NCBI GenBank assembly: GCA_963803435.1
Contig: CAWDML010000009.1
Span: 704,001 to 768,000 of the forward strand
Length of the DNA stretch: 64,000 nucleotides
Direction of reading: 5' to 3'
From: an uncultured delta proteobacterium
Lineage (GTDB): Bacteria > Myxococcota > Kuafuiibacteriia > Kuafuiibacteriales > Kuafuiibacteriaceae
A program made the position numbers and the translations under genes. Numbering within the stretch: position 1 is the first letter of the stretch; each line of letters opens with the position of its first letter. Shown piece after piece: positions 30,229 to 40,432 of this stretch. The notes beneath the pieces are model-generated. The model saw only the letters and a program-made list of their open reading frames with translations. It had not been told where the DNA came from and ran no database searches.

Positions 30229-31413
30229 TCAGCTGGATCACTGATTTCTAGCGCATTTATCCGCGGTGGACCTGCTTTGTGCGTCTGCCGAAATCCATGA
30301 TCTTGTCGAGGATCTCGTCGGCCGTCTTCGTCCATACGAAGGGCTTGCCTTCTTCGTTGTGCACTTCGACGTAGTCGACGATCGCCTTGCGAAGTACCGG
30401 GACGCTGGTGTGGGAGCCGCGAGTGAGTGCTTCCTCGGTCAGCAGTGCGAAGAACCGTTCCACCAGGTTTAGCCATGAGGAATAGGTTGGTGTGAAGTGG
30501 AGCTGGAAGCGCGGATTGCGTAGCAGCCACCTCTTAACCTGTGGAGTCTTGTGCGTCGCGAGGTTGTCGAGGATGACGTGAACGTCAAGTTCCGGCTCTA
30601 CCGCGTTGTCGATCGTCCCGAGGAATGCGACGAAGTCCTTCGCTCGGTGTCGTGCCTTGGTCTGCGCGATGACCTTGCCCGTGGCGACGTTGAGGGCGGC
30701 GAAGAGGTCGAGCGTTCCGTGGCGGATGTAGTTGTGGGTCTGTCGCTCGGGCATCCCGAGATCCATCGGAAGGATCGGTTGAGCACGCTCCAGCGCCTGG
30801 ACCTGCGGCTTCTCGTCGAAGGAGAACACGACAGCGTTGTCGGGCGGGCTCATGTACAGACCGACGACGTCGCGAATCTTCGAGATGAACTGCGGATCGT
30901 TCGACAACTTGAAACCGCGAACGACGTGGGGCTTGAGGCCATGCGCCCGCCAGATCCGTCCGACGCTACTGGCGCTCACCCCGGCATTCTTTGCCATCTT
31001 CCGCGTGCTCCAATGCGTACGGCCCTTCGGCGTCGTTTCCAGCGTTTGCACCACGATCTCTTCAACCTGATCATCACTGATCTTTCGCGGAGCGCCGACG
31101 CGAGGCTGGTCGTACAGCCCCTCGAGACGGCACTCCGCAAACCGCCTTCTCCACAGACGAACGGTGTGGTGAGACACGTGATGGTTCCGCGCCACCGCCG
31201 CATCGGTCGCGCCAGTGGAACTGCTCAGCACCAGTTTCGCGCGAAGTGCCAGCTGTCGATTCGACCGCACGCGACGAGTCAATCGTTCGAGCTCGCGCTG
31301 TTCGTCGTCAGTCAGCGTGATCTCCGTTTTTCGAGGTCCTTTGTTCGCCCCCACGAACCACGTAGATCACACAAAGGATCTACACGCTAGAGATTTCGGA
31401 CCCGGCTGACTAG
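30225..31413 (-). mobile_element. IS630-family insertion sequence
   Basis: Imperfect 25-bp TIRs at 30229-30253 and 31385-31409 (18/25 identical), flanked by CTAG, which contains the TA target typical of IS630. Confidence 0.92.
30257..31354 (-). CDS. IS630 transposase, apparently intact
   Basis: HTH region, THWSTR, FDEKPQVQAL, YIRHGT, ILDNLATHK, FTPTYSSWLNLVERFF. Confidence 0.95.
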   Translation of the reverse strand: MGANKGPRKTEITLTDDEQRELERLTRRVRSNRQLALRAKLVLSSSTGATDAAVARNHHVSHHTVRLWRRRFAECRLEGLYDQPRVGAPRKISDDQVEEIVVQTLETTPKGRTHWSTRKMAKNAGVSASSVGRIWRAHGLKPHVVRGFKLSNDPQFISKIRDVVGLYMSPPDNAVVFSFDEKPQVQALERAQPILPMDLGMPERQTHNYIRHGTLDLFAALNVATGKVIAQTKARHRAKDFVAFLGTIDNAVEPELDVHVILDNLATHKTPQVKRWLLRNPRFQLHFTPTYSSWLNLVERFFALLTEEALTRGSHTSVPVLRKAIVDYVEVHNEEGKPFVWTKTADEILDKIMDFGRRTKQVHRG

Positions 31414-31691
31414 GCCGCGAGCGCGCGCAGCGCTGCTCGGCGGAGCTCCGCTTCGGGGCGGCGGGACAGCTGCGTCAGGATGACTTGTCGATCGTCCGCG
31501 GGCGCCGTCTCGACCTCTTCCAGCAGGGCGAGCGCGCCGTCGACGTCGATCTCTTCGGCGATGGAATAGAGGAGTCTCCGCCCTTCGGGCGTCGTCAGCT
31601 GCTGCCGGATCACGGCGCGTTGAATGGCGCGGGCGATCCGGGCGGCGCGACTGTTGGTTCTGCTCGGTAATGCGCGGATTTGACCAGCCAT
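31410..31691 (-). CDS. Hypothetical helical protein (93 aa)
   Basis: ATG with GGA upstream, host-like codons, TAG stop within the CTAG at 31410. Confidence 0.7.
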   Translation of the reverse strand: MAGQIRALPSRTNSRAARIARAIQRAVIRQQLTTPEGRRLLYSIAEEIDVDGALALLEEVETAPADDRQVILTQLSRRPEAELRRAALRALAA

Positions 31692-31759
31692 CGTCCGACC
31701 GCAAAAAAGAACGCGCCGTGAACAGGCGCCATTCCCAGAGGGTTTGCTAAGCTCGGGCC

Positions 31760-34180
31760 GTGATCGGGCTGTTGACCGTCCTCCTCCTGACGGCGCCCCA
31801 ACAGGAGGACACCCGAAGCCCGGCCGGGCTCGACGAGGAGGCGCCGAAGACAGAGCTCCCGTCGCTCGACGTGGGCGCGTACTTCCCGTCGGGACCCTTT
31901 CGGACGGCCCAGCGGATGATTGCGGGCGGACACACCGGGGACGGCGTGCGCCTGCTCCGGCGCCTGCTCAAGGATCATCCGGACGCCGAAGAGCGCCCGC
32001 AGGCCCGCTACCTCCTCGGCATCGGACTGATCCGTCTGGGCGAGTACGAGGAAGCCGCGCGCCTCTTCGACGAGCTGGCCTCGAGCTATCCGGCGCTCCG
32101 CGACGATCACCTCTTCTTCCGCGGACAGGCGCTCTACCTGTGGGGCAGCTACCTGGCGGCCGCCGAGGTGCTCGGGCGCGTCAATCCCGAAGGCGCGCGC
32201 GGTGAGGAGGCGCGGCGGCTCCGCGCCTGGGCCATGCTGCAGGCCACCGACTTCGAGCACCTGGTGCGCTGGCTCGAGACCGAGAAGGAGACGCGCCCGC
32301 TCGAGACCGAGCTGGTCTACGTGCTGGCGCGCGCACGCCATCGAACCGGCGACGTGCTCGGCGCGTACCGCGCGTTCCGCGAGGTCTGGCGCGAGGACAC
32401 GAACGAGCTGGCCGGCTCCGCGCTCGCGAACATCGCGCACCTCAAGATCGGCGAGCGGTGGATGATCGGCGACGCCGAGCGGCGCGTGATCCTGGGGCTG
32501 GAGACGCGCTTGAAGTCGGGGAAGGACGTCGACAAGGTCTTCGGAGACCTCGAGAAGCGACTCGGACGGACCAGCAATCGAAAGCTCGCCGCCGAGGTCT
32601 CCTTCGCGCGGGGGCGCTACGCCGAGGCGCGGCGCCGTTTTCGGACCGCGGAGGGCCACTACAAGAGCGCCGAGTCGACGGCGCCGGTCGAGATGGTCGA
32701 GCTGCGCGCGCGCATCGCGCTGTCCCTGGCGCACGTCGAGGAGTGGCTCGGCAAGGAGGCAGTCGCGCTCGAGGTCTACCTGATGATCGCGGAGCGCTTC
32801 GCGGATCGGCCCGAAGCGGAGGACGCGCTGATCGCAGCCGCGGAGATCCAGGTGCGCGGCCGGAAGTATCAGGAGGCGCAGGATCTCTGCGAGCGCCTGC
32901 TGCTCCAGAACCCGATCTCGCAGTTCCGGCGCCGGTGTCTGTGGACCGTGGGATGGGCCCACTTCCGCCTGGGTCAGTACGAGCGCGCTGCGGAGTTCTT
33001 CCGATCTCTGTCGAAGATGGACCTCGACGTCGAGCTCGACGGCGCCTCCCGATACTGGCTGGCCCGCACCGACACCACGCTCGGACACGTCGAGGCCGCG
33101 AGCGAGGGCTACCAGAAGATCATCGAGCGTTATCCGCTCAGCTACTACGCGGCGCTCTCCGAGGAGCAGCTGACCGAGGCGATCCGCCCGGCGCAGGTGA
33201 AGAAGACGAGCGCCGCGTCAGAGCCCGCCGAGGATCTACCGCCGCAGCTGGTACAGGTGCGCGAGTACGTGCGCCTCGGGCTGCGCGATCGGGCGCGCAC
33301 GGCCCTGATGGCGTTCGAGCGGGCGGAGCAGAAGAAGGAGAGCAAGATCGCGCGGCCCGTCTACTACGCGATGGCGCACCTGTACGAGGAGCTCAACCAT
33401 CCCCTCGACGCGCGCCGGATCCGTGAGGAGTGCAGCCAGGTCTATCCGACCTCGCTCGGTGACGAGGCGTTCGTCGAGGCGGCGATGAACGCGCATCCGC
33501 TGAAGTTCGAGGAGCCGATCCGGAAGTTCGCCGAGGAGTTCAACATCCCCGAGTCGCTCCTGTTCGCGCTGATCCGCACCGAGAGCGGCTTCCGTCCCAA
33601 CGCCGTCTCCAACATGAACGCGTACGGCCTGGCGCAGCTCATCCTGCCCACGGCGCGGACGATGTCGACCCGACTGCGCGCCGGACGGGCCACGCCGGCG
33701 CGCCTGCTCTCGAGCCCGGACTACAACGTCCGCCTGGGAGCCGCGTATCTGCGCGATCTGATCGATCATTACCAGGGCAGCGAGGTGCTCGCGCTGGCGG
33801 CGTACAACGCGGGCCCGGCCGCAGTGGACGCATGGACGCGGCGACGCCTGCGCGCGCTGGCCGGGGTGAAGGGGCGGGGGATCGGGCTCCAGCCGGCGCC
33901 TGACGAGCTCGCCGAGGAGATCCCGGTGGCCGAGACGCGCCGCTACGTGAAGATCGTGTTGGCGCGCGCCCGGAGCTATGCGCGCCTCTACTCCCATCCC
34001 TCTGAGCCCTCGGTGACGCCGCCCCTCGACGTCATCGCGGCGGCCTACGCGGAGCCCGTCGATCTACCGGCGACCCCGCGGCGCGTTCCCGACACGCCGG
34101 TGGGGTCCGACGTCTGGGGCCGGAGCTACGTCGGGCCCGCCGAGGAGGCCGCGCTCTACGAGCGGCCGCTGGTGCCATGA
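31760..34180 (+). CDS. slt: Soluble lytic murein transglycosylase with TPR repeats
   Basis: Signal peptide, TPRs, ALIRTESGF, AYGLAQL, LAAYNAG, ETRRYV. Confidence 0.9.
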   Translation: MIGLLTVLLLTAPQQEDTRSPAGLDEEAPKTELPSLDVGAYFPSGPFRTAQRMIAGGHTGDGVRLLRRLLKDHPDAEERPQARYLLGIGLIRLGEYEEAARLFDELASSYPALRDDHLFFRGQALYLWGSYLAAAEVLGRVNPEGARGEEARRLRAWAMLQATDFEHLVRWLETEKETRPLETELVYVLARARHRTGDVLGAYRAFREVWREDTNELAGSALANIAHLKIGERWMIGDAERRVILGLETRLKSGKDVDKVFGDLEKRLGRTSNRKLAAEVSFARGRYAEARRRFRTAEGHYKSAESTAPVEMVELRARIALSLAHVEEWLGKEAVALEVYLMIAERFADRPEAEDALIAAAEIQVRGRKYQEAQDLCERLLLQNPISQFRRRCLWTVGWAHFRLGQYERAAEFFRSLSKMDLDVELDGASRYWLARTDTTLGHVEAASEGYQKIIERYPLSYYAALSEEQLTEAIRPAQVKKTSAASEPAEDLPPQLVQVREYVRLGLRDRARTALMAFERAEQKKESKIARPVYYAMAHLYEELNHPLDARRIREECSQVYPTSLGDEAFVEAAMNAHPLKFEEPIRKFAEEFNIPESLLFALIRTESGFRPNAVSNMNAYGLAQLILPTARTMSTRLRAGRATPARLLSSPDYNVRLGAAYLRDLIDHYQGSEVLALAAYNAGPAAVDAWTRRRLRALAGVKGRGIGLQPAPDELAEEIPVAETRRYVKIVLARARSYARLYSHPSEPSVTPPLDVIAAAYAEPVDLPATPRRVPDTPVGSDVWGRSYVGPAEEAALYERPLVP

Positions 34181-34992
34181 TGCTCTGGCTCGCCCTCTTG
34201 CTCCCGCCGATGGTCGCGTCGGCTCCCGAGAGGCTCGCGATCCTCCCGGCGACCGTCGAGGGTCCGTACGGCGCGGCCGCCACCGCGGCGCTGTTCGAGG
34301 TGGTCTCGAAGGCCGCCGACTTCCACCAGGGCCTCGAGCTGGTCCCCTACAACGCGCTCTTCGTCGACGGTGTCGAGCCCATCGCCACCATCGTCCGCGA
34401 CTGCGGCTCGGACACGCACTGCATCGCTCGCGCGCTGCGACTGGCGCGGATCGACCTCGGGCTCCGCGTGATCGCGAACTTCGCCCTCGATCCGCCACTG
34501 ATCACGCTGAACCTGATCGGGTCGGCGGACGAGCGCGTGATCGGAGAGTCGGTCGTGGAGCTCGAGGATCGCTCGATCGCAGAGGTGGTGGCCGGCGCCA
34601 CGGAGCGGCTGCTCGACAGCGGATCGTTCGCCCCTGGGGGCCGCCTGATGGTCGACGTGGAGCCGCTCGACGCCGCGGTCGAGGTTCAGCCGCCGGCGGC
34701 GGCGAACACCGTGATCGCGCCGGGCCGCTACCGCGTACGGGCGGCGAAGGACGGCTATCTGGAGCGCGCGGTGGACGTGGAGCTCGCCGCCGGCGCGGAA
34801 GAACGCGTGCGGCTCGCGCTCGAACCGGTGCCGGCGCCCTCGCTGGTCGAGTCGCCGTGGCTGTGGACCGGCGTCGGCGTGGGCGTGGCGGTGATCGGCG
34901 CGGTGGCGGCCGTCCTCATCGTGACGAAGCCGTTCGCGAAGGCGCCCTCCGACGGCGATCTCTGCATCGCGACGAGGGCGGGCGGCTGCTAG
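34177..34992 (+). CDS. PEGA-domain membrane protein
   Basis: PGRYRVRAAKDGY motif; SPWLWTGVGVGVAV TM segment. Confidence 0.8.
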   Translation: MMLWLALLLPPMVASAPERLAILPATVEGPYGAAATAALFEVVSKAADFHQGLELVPYNALFVDGVEPIATIVRDCGSDTHCIARALRLARIDLGLRVIANFALDPPLITLNLIGSADERVIGESVVELEDRSIAEVVAGATERLLDSGSFAPGGRLMVDVEPLDAAVEVQPPAAANTVIAPGRYRVRAAKDGYLERAVDVELAAGAEERVRLALEPVPAPSLVESPWLWTGVGVGVAVIGAVAAVLIVTKPFAKAPSDGDLCIATRAGGC

Positions 34993-35022
34993 GACCGAGA
35001 TCCCGGAGTCGCGGAGGCTCCG

Positions 35023-36596
35023 TCAGTCGCCCTCGAGCGCGCGGAGCTCCGCCTCCAGCTCGGCGAGCACGCTCGCATTGATCTCGGAGGCGCTCGCCTC
35101 CTGCGCCGCCTTCGCCAGCAGCCCGTTCACGCGGTGGAGCTCCGGTCCGCCCGCCAGCCTCTTCCTCAGGGCCCGCGCCCGCGTCATGACCGCGAGGAGC
35201 CGGTCGCGGTCCGAGGTATCGATCGGGCGGGGGCGCGGCGCCGCTCGGGATCATCGACCTTGGCGATCCGCCTGACCGGACGCACGGTGCGGGGGCTCTC
35301 CGCAGGCTTCGGGGCCTCCGGCTCGGGCGGAGGCTCGGGCTGGACCACCGGCTCGATCGCAGGGACCGCCACCGCGGACGTTGGCTCGGCCCTGCGGGCG
35401 GCGAGGGGCTGGGCCCCGCGATCGCCGAGGAGGATCGCGCCGCCACCGAGACCCACCAGGAGGGTCAGCGTCATCAGCGCCAGCACGCCCCACAGCGGAA
35501 CGCCGCGGGCGCGCGGGGGCGGGACCGAATAGCTGCTGTAGACGGGGGTCGCGAGGGCCATCGGCGTCGGCGTGGGCGTGGGCGCCGCCGCGACGGGCAC
35601 CGAGATGATCTCGATCGCCTGGACCCGATCCGCCGGCGTCACCGAGAGCAGCTTGGTGACCTCGGTCTTCGACTGCGCCAGCTCCCCGAACAGCATCTCC
35701 CCCACGATCGTGGCGAGGGGCGCCTCCTCCTCCCGCGCCGGGACGGCCTCATCGAGCGCGGCGATGAGCTCGGCGGCCGTCTGGAAGCGCTGGGACGGAT
35801 CGATCTTGAGCGCCTTCTCGCAGATGGCGTCCAGGGCGGCGGGGATGTCGCTGCGGTGCTGCGACGGCGGGGTGAAGATCGGCTTCACCTGCGCGCGGAG
35901 CATGATCGGTATGGGCGCGCGCTTGATGAACCGCTTCAGCGTGAGGAACTCCCACAGCACGATCCCCATCGCGAACAGATCGCTCCGCTGGTCCACGCCC
36001 TCCGCGACCACCTGCTCGGGCGCCATGTATCCGGGCGATCCCATCACCACCCCGGTGCCGGTTCGCCAGTCCTGGAGGTTCGACTTTCCCAGCCCGAGAT
36101 CGATCAGCCGGGTGACGCCGTCCTCGCCGATCATCAGGTTCTTGGGGGCGATGTCGCGGTGGATGATGCCGAGCGCCTCCTGCGTGCCCGGGTGGCGCGC
36201 CGAGTGGAGCGCGGCGAGCCCCGCCAGCCCGCCGCGAACGACGTCGACGACCGAGCCGATCGAAGCGCTCCCTCCGGCCTCCAGGAGATCCTTCATGACG
36301 CGGGCGACCGTCCAGCCGGCGAGATACTCCATGGTGATGTAGAAGGTGTCCTCGACGCGCCCGGCGTCGTAGACCTTGGCCACGTGTGGGCTGTCGATCG
36401 CGATCGCGATCTCGGCCTCGTGGTGGAATCGCTTCACGAACTCGGTCTGCGACGCGAGCTGGCCGTGCAGGCGCTTGATCACCACCGGAGAAGGCAGGTC
36501 ACCTTGCGGCCGAGCCAGGAACACGTCACCGGTGCCGCCGGTCCCGAGGGACTTGAGCAGCGTGTAGGGGCCGAACGGCCGTGGCAGATCGGCCAC
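35023..36596 (-). CDS. Membrane Ser/Thr protein kinase; probable 1-nt deletion near 35243
   Basis: LGTGGTG, VIKRL, IHRDIAPKN, DLG, GSPGYMAPE, TM helix, Pro-rich linker; as given the ORF stops at 35184, but a helical tail continues in another frame to 35023. Confidence 0.85.
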
Positions 36597-36620
36597 GCGG
36601 CGGGAGCATAGCAGAAAACG

Positions 36621-38027
36621 CTAAGGCGTCAGACGCTCCATCATGCGCGGGAAGGGAATCGTCTCCCGCACGTGGTGGAGACCGCAGATCCAGGCGACGC
36701 ACCGCTCCAAACCCATGCCGAAGCCCGCGTGCGGCACGGTGCCGTAGCGGCGGAGATCCGTGAACCACCCGAACGCCTCTCGTGGGAGCTGGTGCTCATC
36801 GATCCGACCGAGCAACACGTCGAGGTCGTCCTCGCGCTGACCGCCGCCGATGATCTCGCCGTAGCCCTCGGGCGCCAGCACGTCGACCGCCATCGCGCGC
36901 GTGTCGTCCTCTGCGTCGCGCTTCATGTAGAACGCCTTCACCGGCGCCGGGTAGCGGTGGACCATCACCGGCCGATCGAACATGCGCGAGAGGATCGTCT
37001 CCTCCTCGCCGCCGAAGTCGTCGTCGACGCGGGCCAGGCGCCCGGACGGCTGGGCCTTGGGCTCCTCGGTCTCCTCGGTGCCTTCGCCGGAGGCCCGGTT
37101 CTCGCTCCCCGCCGGGAGGGCGTTCGCGGTGCCGTCTTCGATCGCCCGGTTGATCATCGCGACCGCGTCCTTGTGCGCGATCCGAGGGAACGGCTTCTTC
37201 ACGTTCTCGAGCACCGCGACGTTCCGGCCGATGCGCTCGAGGTCCGTGCGATGCTTCTCGAGCGTGGTCGCGACCACGGAGCAGAGGAAGTCCTCGGCGA
37301 GGTCCATGTCGCCTTCGAAATCCAGGTACGCGACCTCGGGCTCCACCATCCAGAACTCGGTCAGGTGACGCCTCGTCTTCGACTTCTCGGCGCGGAACGT
37401 CGGACCGAAGCAGTACGACTTGCCGTGCGCCATGCAGGCCGCCTCCTGGTAGAGCTGCCCCGACTGCGTGAGGTATGCGGTCTCTTCGAAGTACGGCACC
37501 TCGAACAGCGTCGACGTCCCCTCGCACGGGTTCGGGGTGAAGATCGGCGAGTCCACCAGCACGAAGCCGTGCGAGTCGAAGTAGTCTCTGATCGCCTTGG
37601 CGACCGTATGGCGGATGCGGAGGATGGTGTGCTGGCGTGAGGAGCGCAGCCAGAGGTGGCGATGGTCCATCAGGAAGGCCACGCCGTGCTCCTTGGGGCT
37701 GATCGGGTACTCTTGGGCCTGGCTCACCAACTCCAGCCCGTTCGCGTGGAGCTCGAAGCCCAGCGGGGAGCGGGCGTCGCGGCTCACCTTGCCGCGCACG
37801 ATCACGGCCGACTCCTGGGACAGATGCTTCGCCGCCTCGAAGGTCTGCTCGTCGACGTCCTTCTTGCCCATGACGCACTGGAGGGTCGCAGTCCCGTCGC
37901 GCACCTGGAGGAAGTGCAGCTTGCCGGATGACCGCTTGTTGTACAGCCAGCCCCGGAGCTCGACCTCTTGGCCTTCGAGCCGGTCGAGGTCACTGGCGAT
38001 CTCGGTGATGCGCAGATACGGTGCCAT
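36621..38027 (-). CDS. asnS: Asparagine--tRNA ligase
   Basis: [47 protein letters not shown]. Confidence 0.95.
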   Translation of the reverse strand: MAPYLRITEIASDLDRLEGQEVELRGWLYNKRSSGKLHFLQVRDGTATLQCVMGKKDVDEQTFEAAKHLSQESAVIVRGKVSRDARSPLGFELHANGLELVSQAQEYPISPKEHGVAFLMDHRHLWLRSSRQHTILRIRHTVAKAIRDYFDSHGFVLVDSPIFTPNPCEGTSTLFEVPYFEETAYLTQSGQLYQEAACMAHGKSYCFGPTFRAEKSKTRRHLTEFWMVEPEVAYLDFEGDMDLAEDFLCSVVATTLEKHRTDLERIGRNVAVLENVKKPFPRIAHKDAVAMINRAIEDGTANALPAGSENRASGEGTEETEEPKAQPSGRLARVDDDFGGEEETILSRMFDRPVMVHRYPAPVKAFYMKRDAEDDTRAMAVDVLAPEGYGEIIGGGQREDDLDVLLGRIDEHQLPREAFGWFTDLRRYGTVPHAGFGMGLERCVAWICGLHHVRETIPFPRMMERLTP

Positions 38028-38078
38028 GGGCCGGGATCCATGGCGCGTCGGACGGGCGGAGGCAAGAGAGCTGAGCGG

Positions 38079-38543
38079 CTAACGCAGCTTCCCGAGGAGC
38101 TCCGAGGAGGAGTGATGCTTCGGATCGCCGCAGATGGCCACGCGGCCTCCGTAGGCCATCACGATCGCGCGCTCGGGGACGGTCTCTTCGGTGTAGTCCG
38201 TCCCCTTGGCGTGGACGTCCGGCCGGAGCGCGAGGAGCACGCGCTCGACGTTCGGCTCGTCGAAGATCAGCACGTGGTCCACGCAGGCGAGGGCGGCCAC
38301 GATCTCGGCCCGCTCCGCCTCCGGGATCACCGGCCGGCCGGGGCCCTTGTAGGCCCGCGTGGAGGCGTCGGAGTTCACCGCCACCACCAGCACGTCGGCG
38401 AGCTGGGCGGCCCCCTCGAGGTAGCGGAGGTGACCCACGTGGAAGAGATCGAAGACGCCGTTGGCGAGCGCGATCTCCCCCTTCGGTCGCGCAGCGACGA
38501 GCCGCTCGAGCGTGGTGAGCGTGTGCGGCGTCGTGCCCTTCAC
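38079..38543 (-). CDS. hldC: ADP-heptose synthase adenylyltransferase subunit (HldC/RfaE2)
   Basis: [26 protein letters not shown]; GTGA coupling to the upstream kinase. Confidence 0.85.
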   Translation of the reverse strand: MKGTTPHTLTTLERLVAARPKGEIALANGVFDLFHVGHLRYLEGAAQLADVLVVAVNSDASTRAYKGPGRPVIPEAERAEIVAALACVDHVLIFDEPNVERVLLALRPDVHAKGTDYTEETVPERAIVMAYGGRVAICGDPKHHSSSELLGKLR

Positions 38544-39529
38544 GCGGAGTCTCCGAGCGCCTCGATCAGCTCGTCGGGCGCACAGGTGGCGGCGCCGATC
38601 TGGCGCACCACGATCGACGCGGCGCAGTTGGCGAGCGCAGCGGCGTCGAGCACCTCCGCGCCCGCGGCGAGGGCGAGCGCGAACACCGCGGCCACCGTAT
38701 CGCCGGCCCCGGTGACGTCGACCGCCTCGTGGCCGCCGAACGCTGGCAGCAGCACCGGCACCTTCCCGCGCTCCGCGATCGCCATCCCCTCCCGCCCGCG
38801 CGTGAGCAGCGTCGCGGAGAGCTGGAGCTCCTCGCAGAGCTGGACCGCCGCCGCGGCCGCGCGCTCGGCCGAGGACAGCCGGGTGTTCAGCGCAGCCTCG
38901 GCCTCGGGCTCGTTCGGCACCACCGCCGTGACACCCGAGTACGAGCGGAGCGCGTAGCGGCTGTCGACGATCACGATCTTGCCGGCGGCGGCAGCGGCCT
39001 GGGCCACTTCGATCCAGATCGGCGTGAGCGAGCCGTCCCCGTAGTCGGAGACGATCAGCGCGTCGATCCCATCGAACGCGGCGAGCGCAGCCGCCCGCAC
39101 GCGCTCGGCGTCCTCGGGATCGAGCGAGGCGTAGGGCTCGCGATCGATTCGCAGCATCTGCTGCTTGCGCGTGTGGAGACCGCCGGCCAGCACGCGGGTC
39201 TTGGTGACCGTCCACCCGTGACGGCGGGGGAGCAGCTCCGCGGCGTCGATCCCGCGCGCGGTGGCGAGGCCGCGGAGGGTGCGGCCGTCCTCGTCGTCGC
39301 CGATCAGCCCGATCAACGAGGCCCGCGCCCCCAGCGCGGCCAGGTTGGCGGCGGTGTTGGCAGCGCCCCCCAGGCGGCCCTCTCGGGACTCTTCCTTGAC
39401 GATCAGCACCGGCGCTTCGCGGCTGATCCGATCGGAGGATCCATACAGATAGACGTCGAGGACCGGATCGCCGGCGACGGCGACGCGCCGCCCGGCCATC
39501 GCCTTGACCCGCTCACCGAGCCGCATCAT
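38540..39529 (-). CDS. hldA: Heptose-7-phosphate kinase (HldA/RfaE1, PfkB family)
   Basis: [36 protein letters not shown]. Confidence 0.88.
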   Translation of the reverse strand: MMRLGERVKAMAGRRVAVAGDPVLDVYLYGSSDRISREAPVLIVKEESREGRLGGAANTAANLAALGARASLIGLIGDDEDGRTLRGLATARGIDAAELLPRRHGWTVTKTRVLAGGLHTRKQQMLRIDREPYASLDPEDAERVRAAALAAFDGIDALIVSDYGDGSLTPIWIEVAQAAAAAGKIVIVDSRYALRSYSGVTAVVPNEPEAEAALNTRLSSAERAAAAAVQLCEELQLSATLLTRGREGMAIAERGKVPVLLPAFGGHEAVDVTGAGDTVAAVFALALAAGAEVLDAAALANCAASIVVRQIGAATCAPDELIEALGDSA

Positions 39530-39573
39530 CCGGGAGACTTCCCTTCGCGAGGGACGGGTGTCAACGTGACGGC

Positions 39574-40341
39574 GTGCGGAGAGCGCTCCAGGCGACCGTG
39601 CTCGCGGCCTTCGCGTGCAGCTCCCCCGGCGTCGAGCCGGCCGACGCCGGCGACCGCGACGACCGCGGCCTGGCCAGGGACGGCGGCGATCCCGAAGACG
39701 TCGGCCCGATCGATGGCGGCACCGAGGACGACTTCGCGCGGATCTCGGACGACTTCGAGTCCGGCAGCCTCGATCCGAAGTGGCACGTGCATAGGCCCGA
39801 CGTCGCCGCCGTGCGCGTCGAGTCCGGGCAGCTCGCCCTGACGATGCAAGCGGAGGCGCTCTGGTTTCAGGATCAGGACTCGGTCCTGGTCTTTCAAGAG
39901 ATCACGGGCGACTTCGCGGTGGAGGCCGCGGTGCACGCCGAGAGCACGCAATCACCCGGCTCGCCCCCGAACCGCATGGTGCATCTCGGCGGATTGATGG
40001 CGAGGGACGGCGAGAGCAGCACCGAGAACTACGTCTTCGTGGTGGTCGGCTTCGACGAGGACGACCTCTCGGTGGAGACCAAGAGCACCACGGACGGCCA
40101 CAGCGATTACTTCGGACCCGCCTGGGGGAGCGGCGCCGCCGAGCTCAGGCTCTGCCGCAACGGCGCCCAGTTCCGCCTCTTCAAGCGCCCGATCGGCGGT
40201 GCCTCGTGGGAGCTGGCGGCCACCTACCCGCGCCCCGACCTCCCGCGCACGCTCCAGGTGGGCGCCAACGCCTACGCGTTCGGCACGCCCGATCTCACCG
40301 TCCGCTTCGACGCCGTCGTCTTCTCCACGGCCTGCCCGTAG
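39574..40341 (+). CDS. Putative lipoprotein with a concanavalin/DUF1349-like beta domain
   Basis: AFAC lipobox-like motif; DDFESGSLDPKW, ITGDF, GGLMAR, LQVG. Confidence 0.65.
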   Translation: MRRALQATVLAAFACSSPGVEPADAGDRDDRGLARDGGDPEDVGPIDGGTEDDFARISDDFESGSLDPKWHVHRPDVAAVRVESGQLALTMQAEALWFQDQDSVLVFQEITGDFAVEAAVHAESTQSPGSPPNRMVHLGGLMARDGESSTENYVFVVVGFDEDDLSVETKSTTDGHSDYFGPAWGSGAAELRLCRNGAQFRLFKRPIGGASWELAATYPRPDLPRTLQVGANAYAFGTPDLTVRFDAVVFSTACP

Positions 40342-40432
40342 AACCTGCGCAGGGCGAGAGCCGGGCTTCCACCCTGCCGGCGGAGCATTCGGCCGTTGAG
40401 GCCCGCCGATCCGCCTGCTGAGATGGCGCTCG

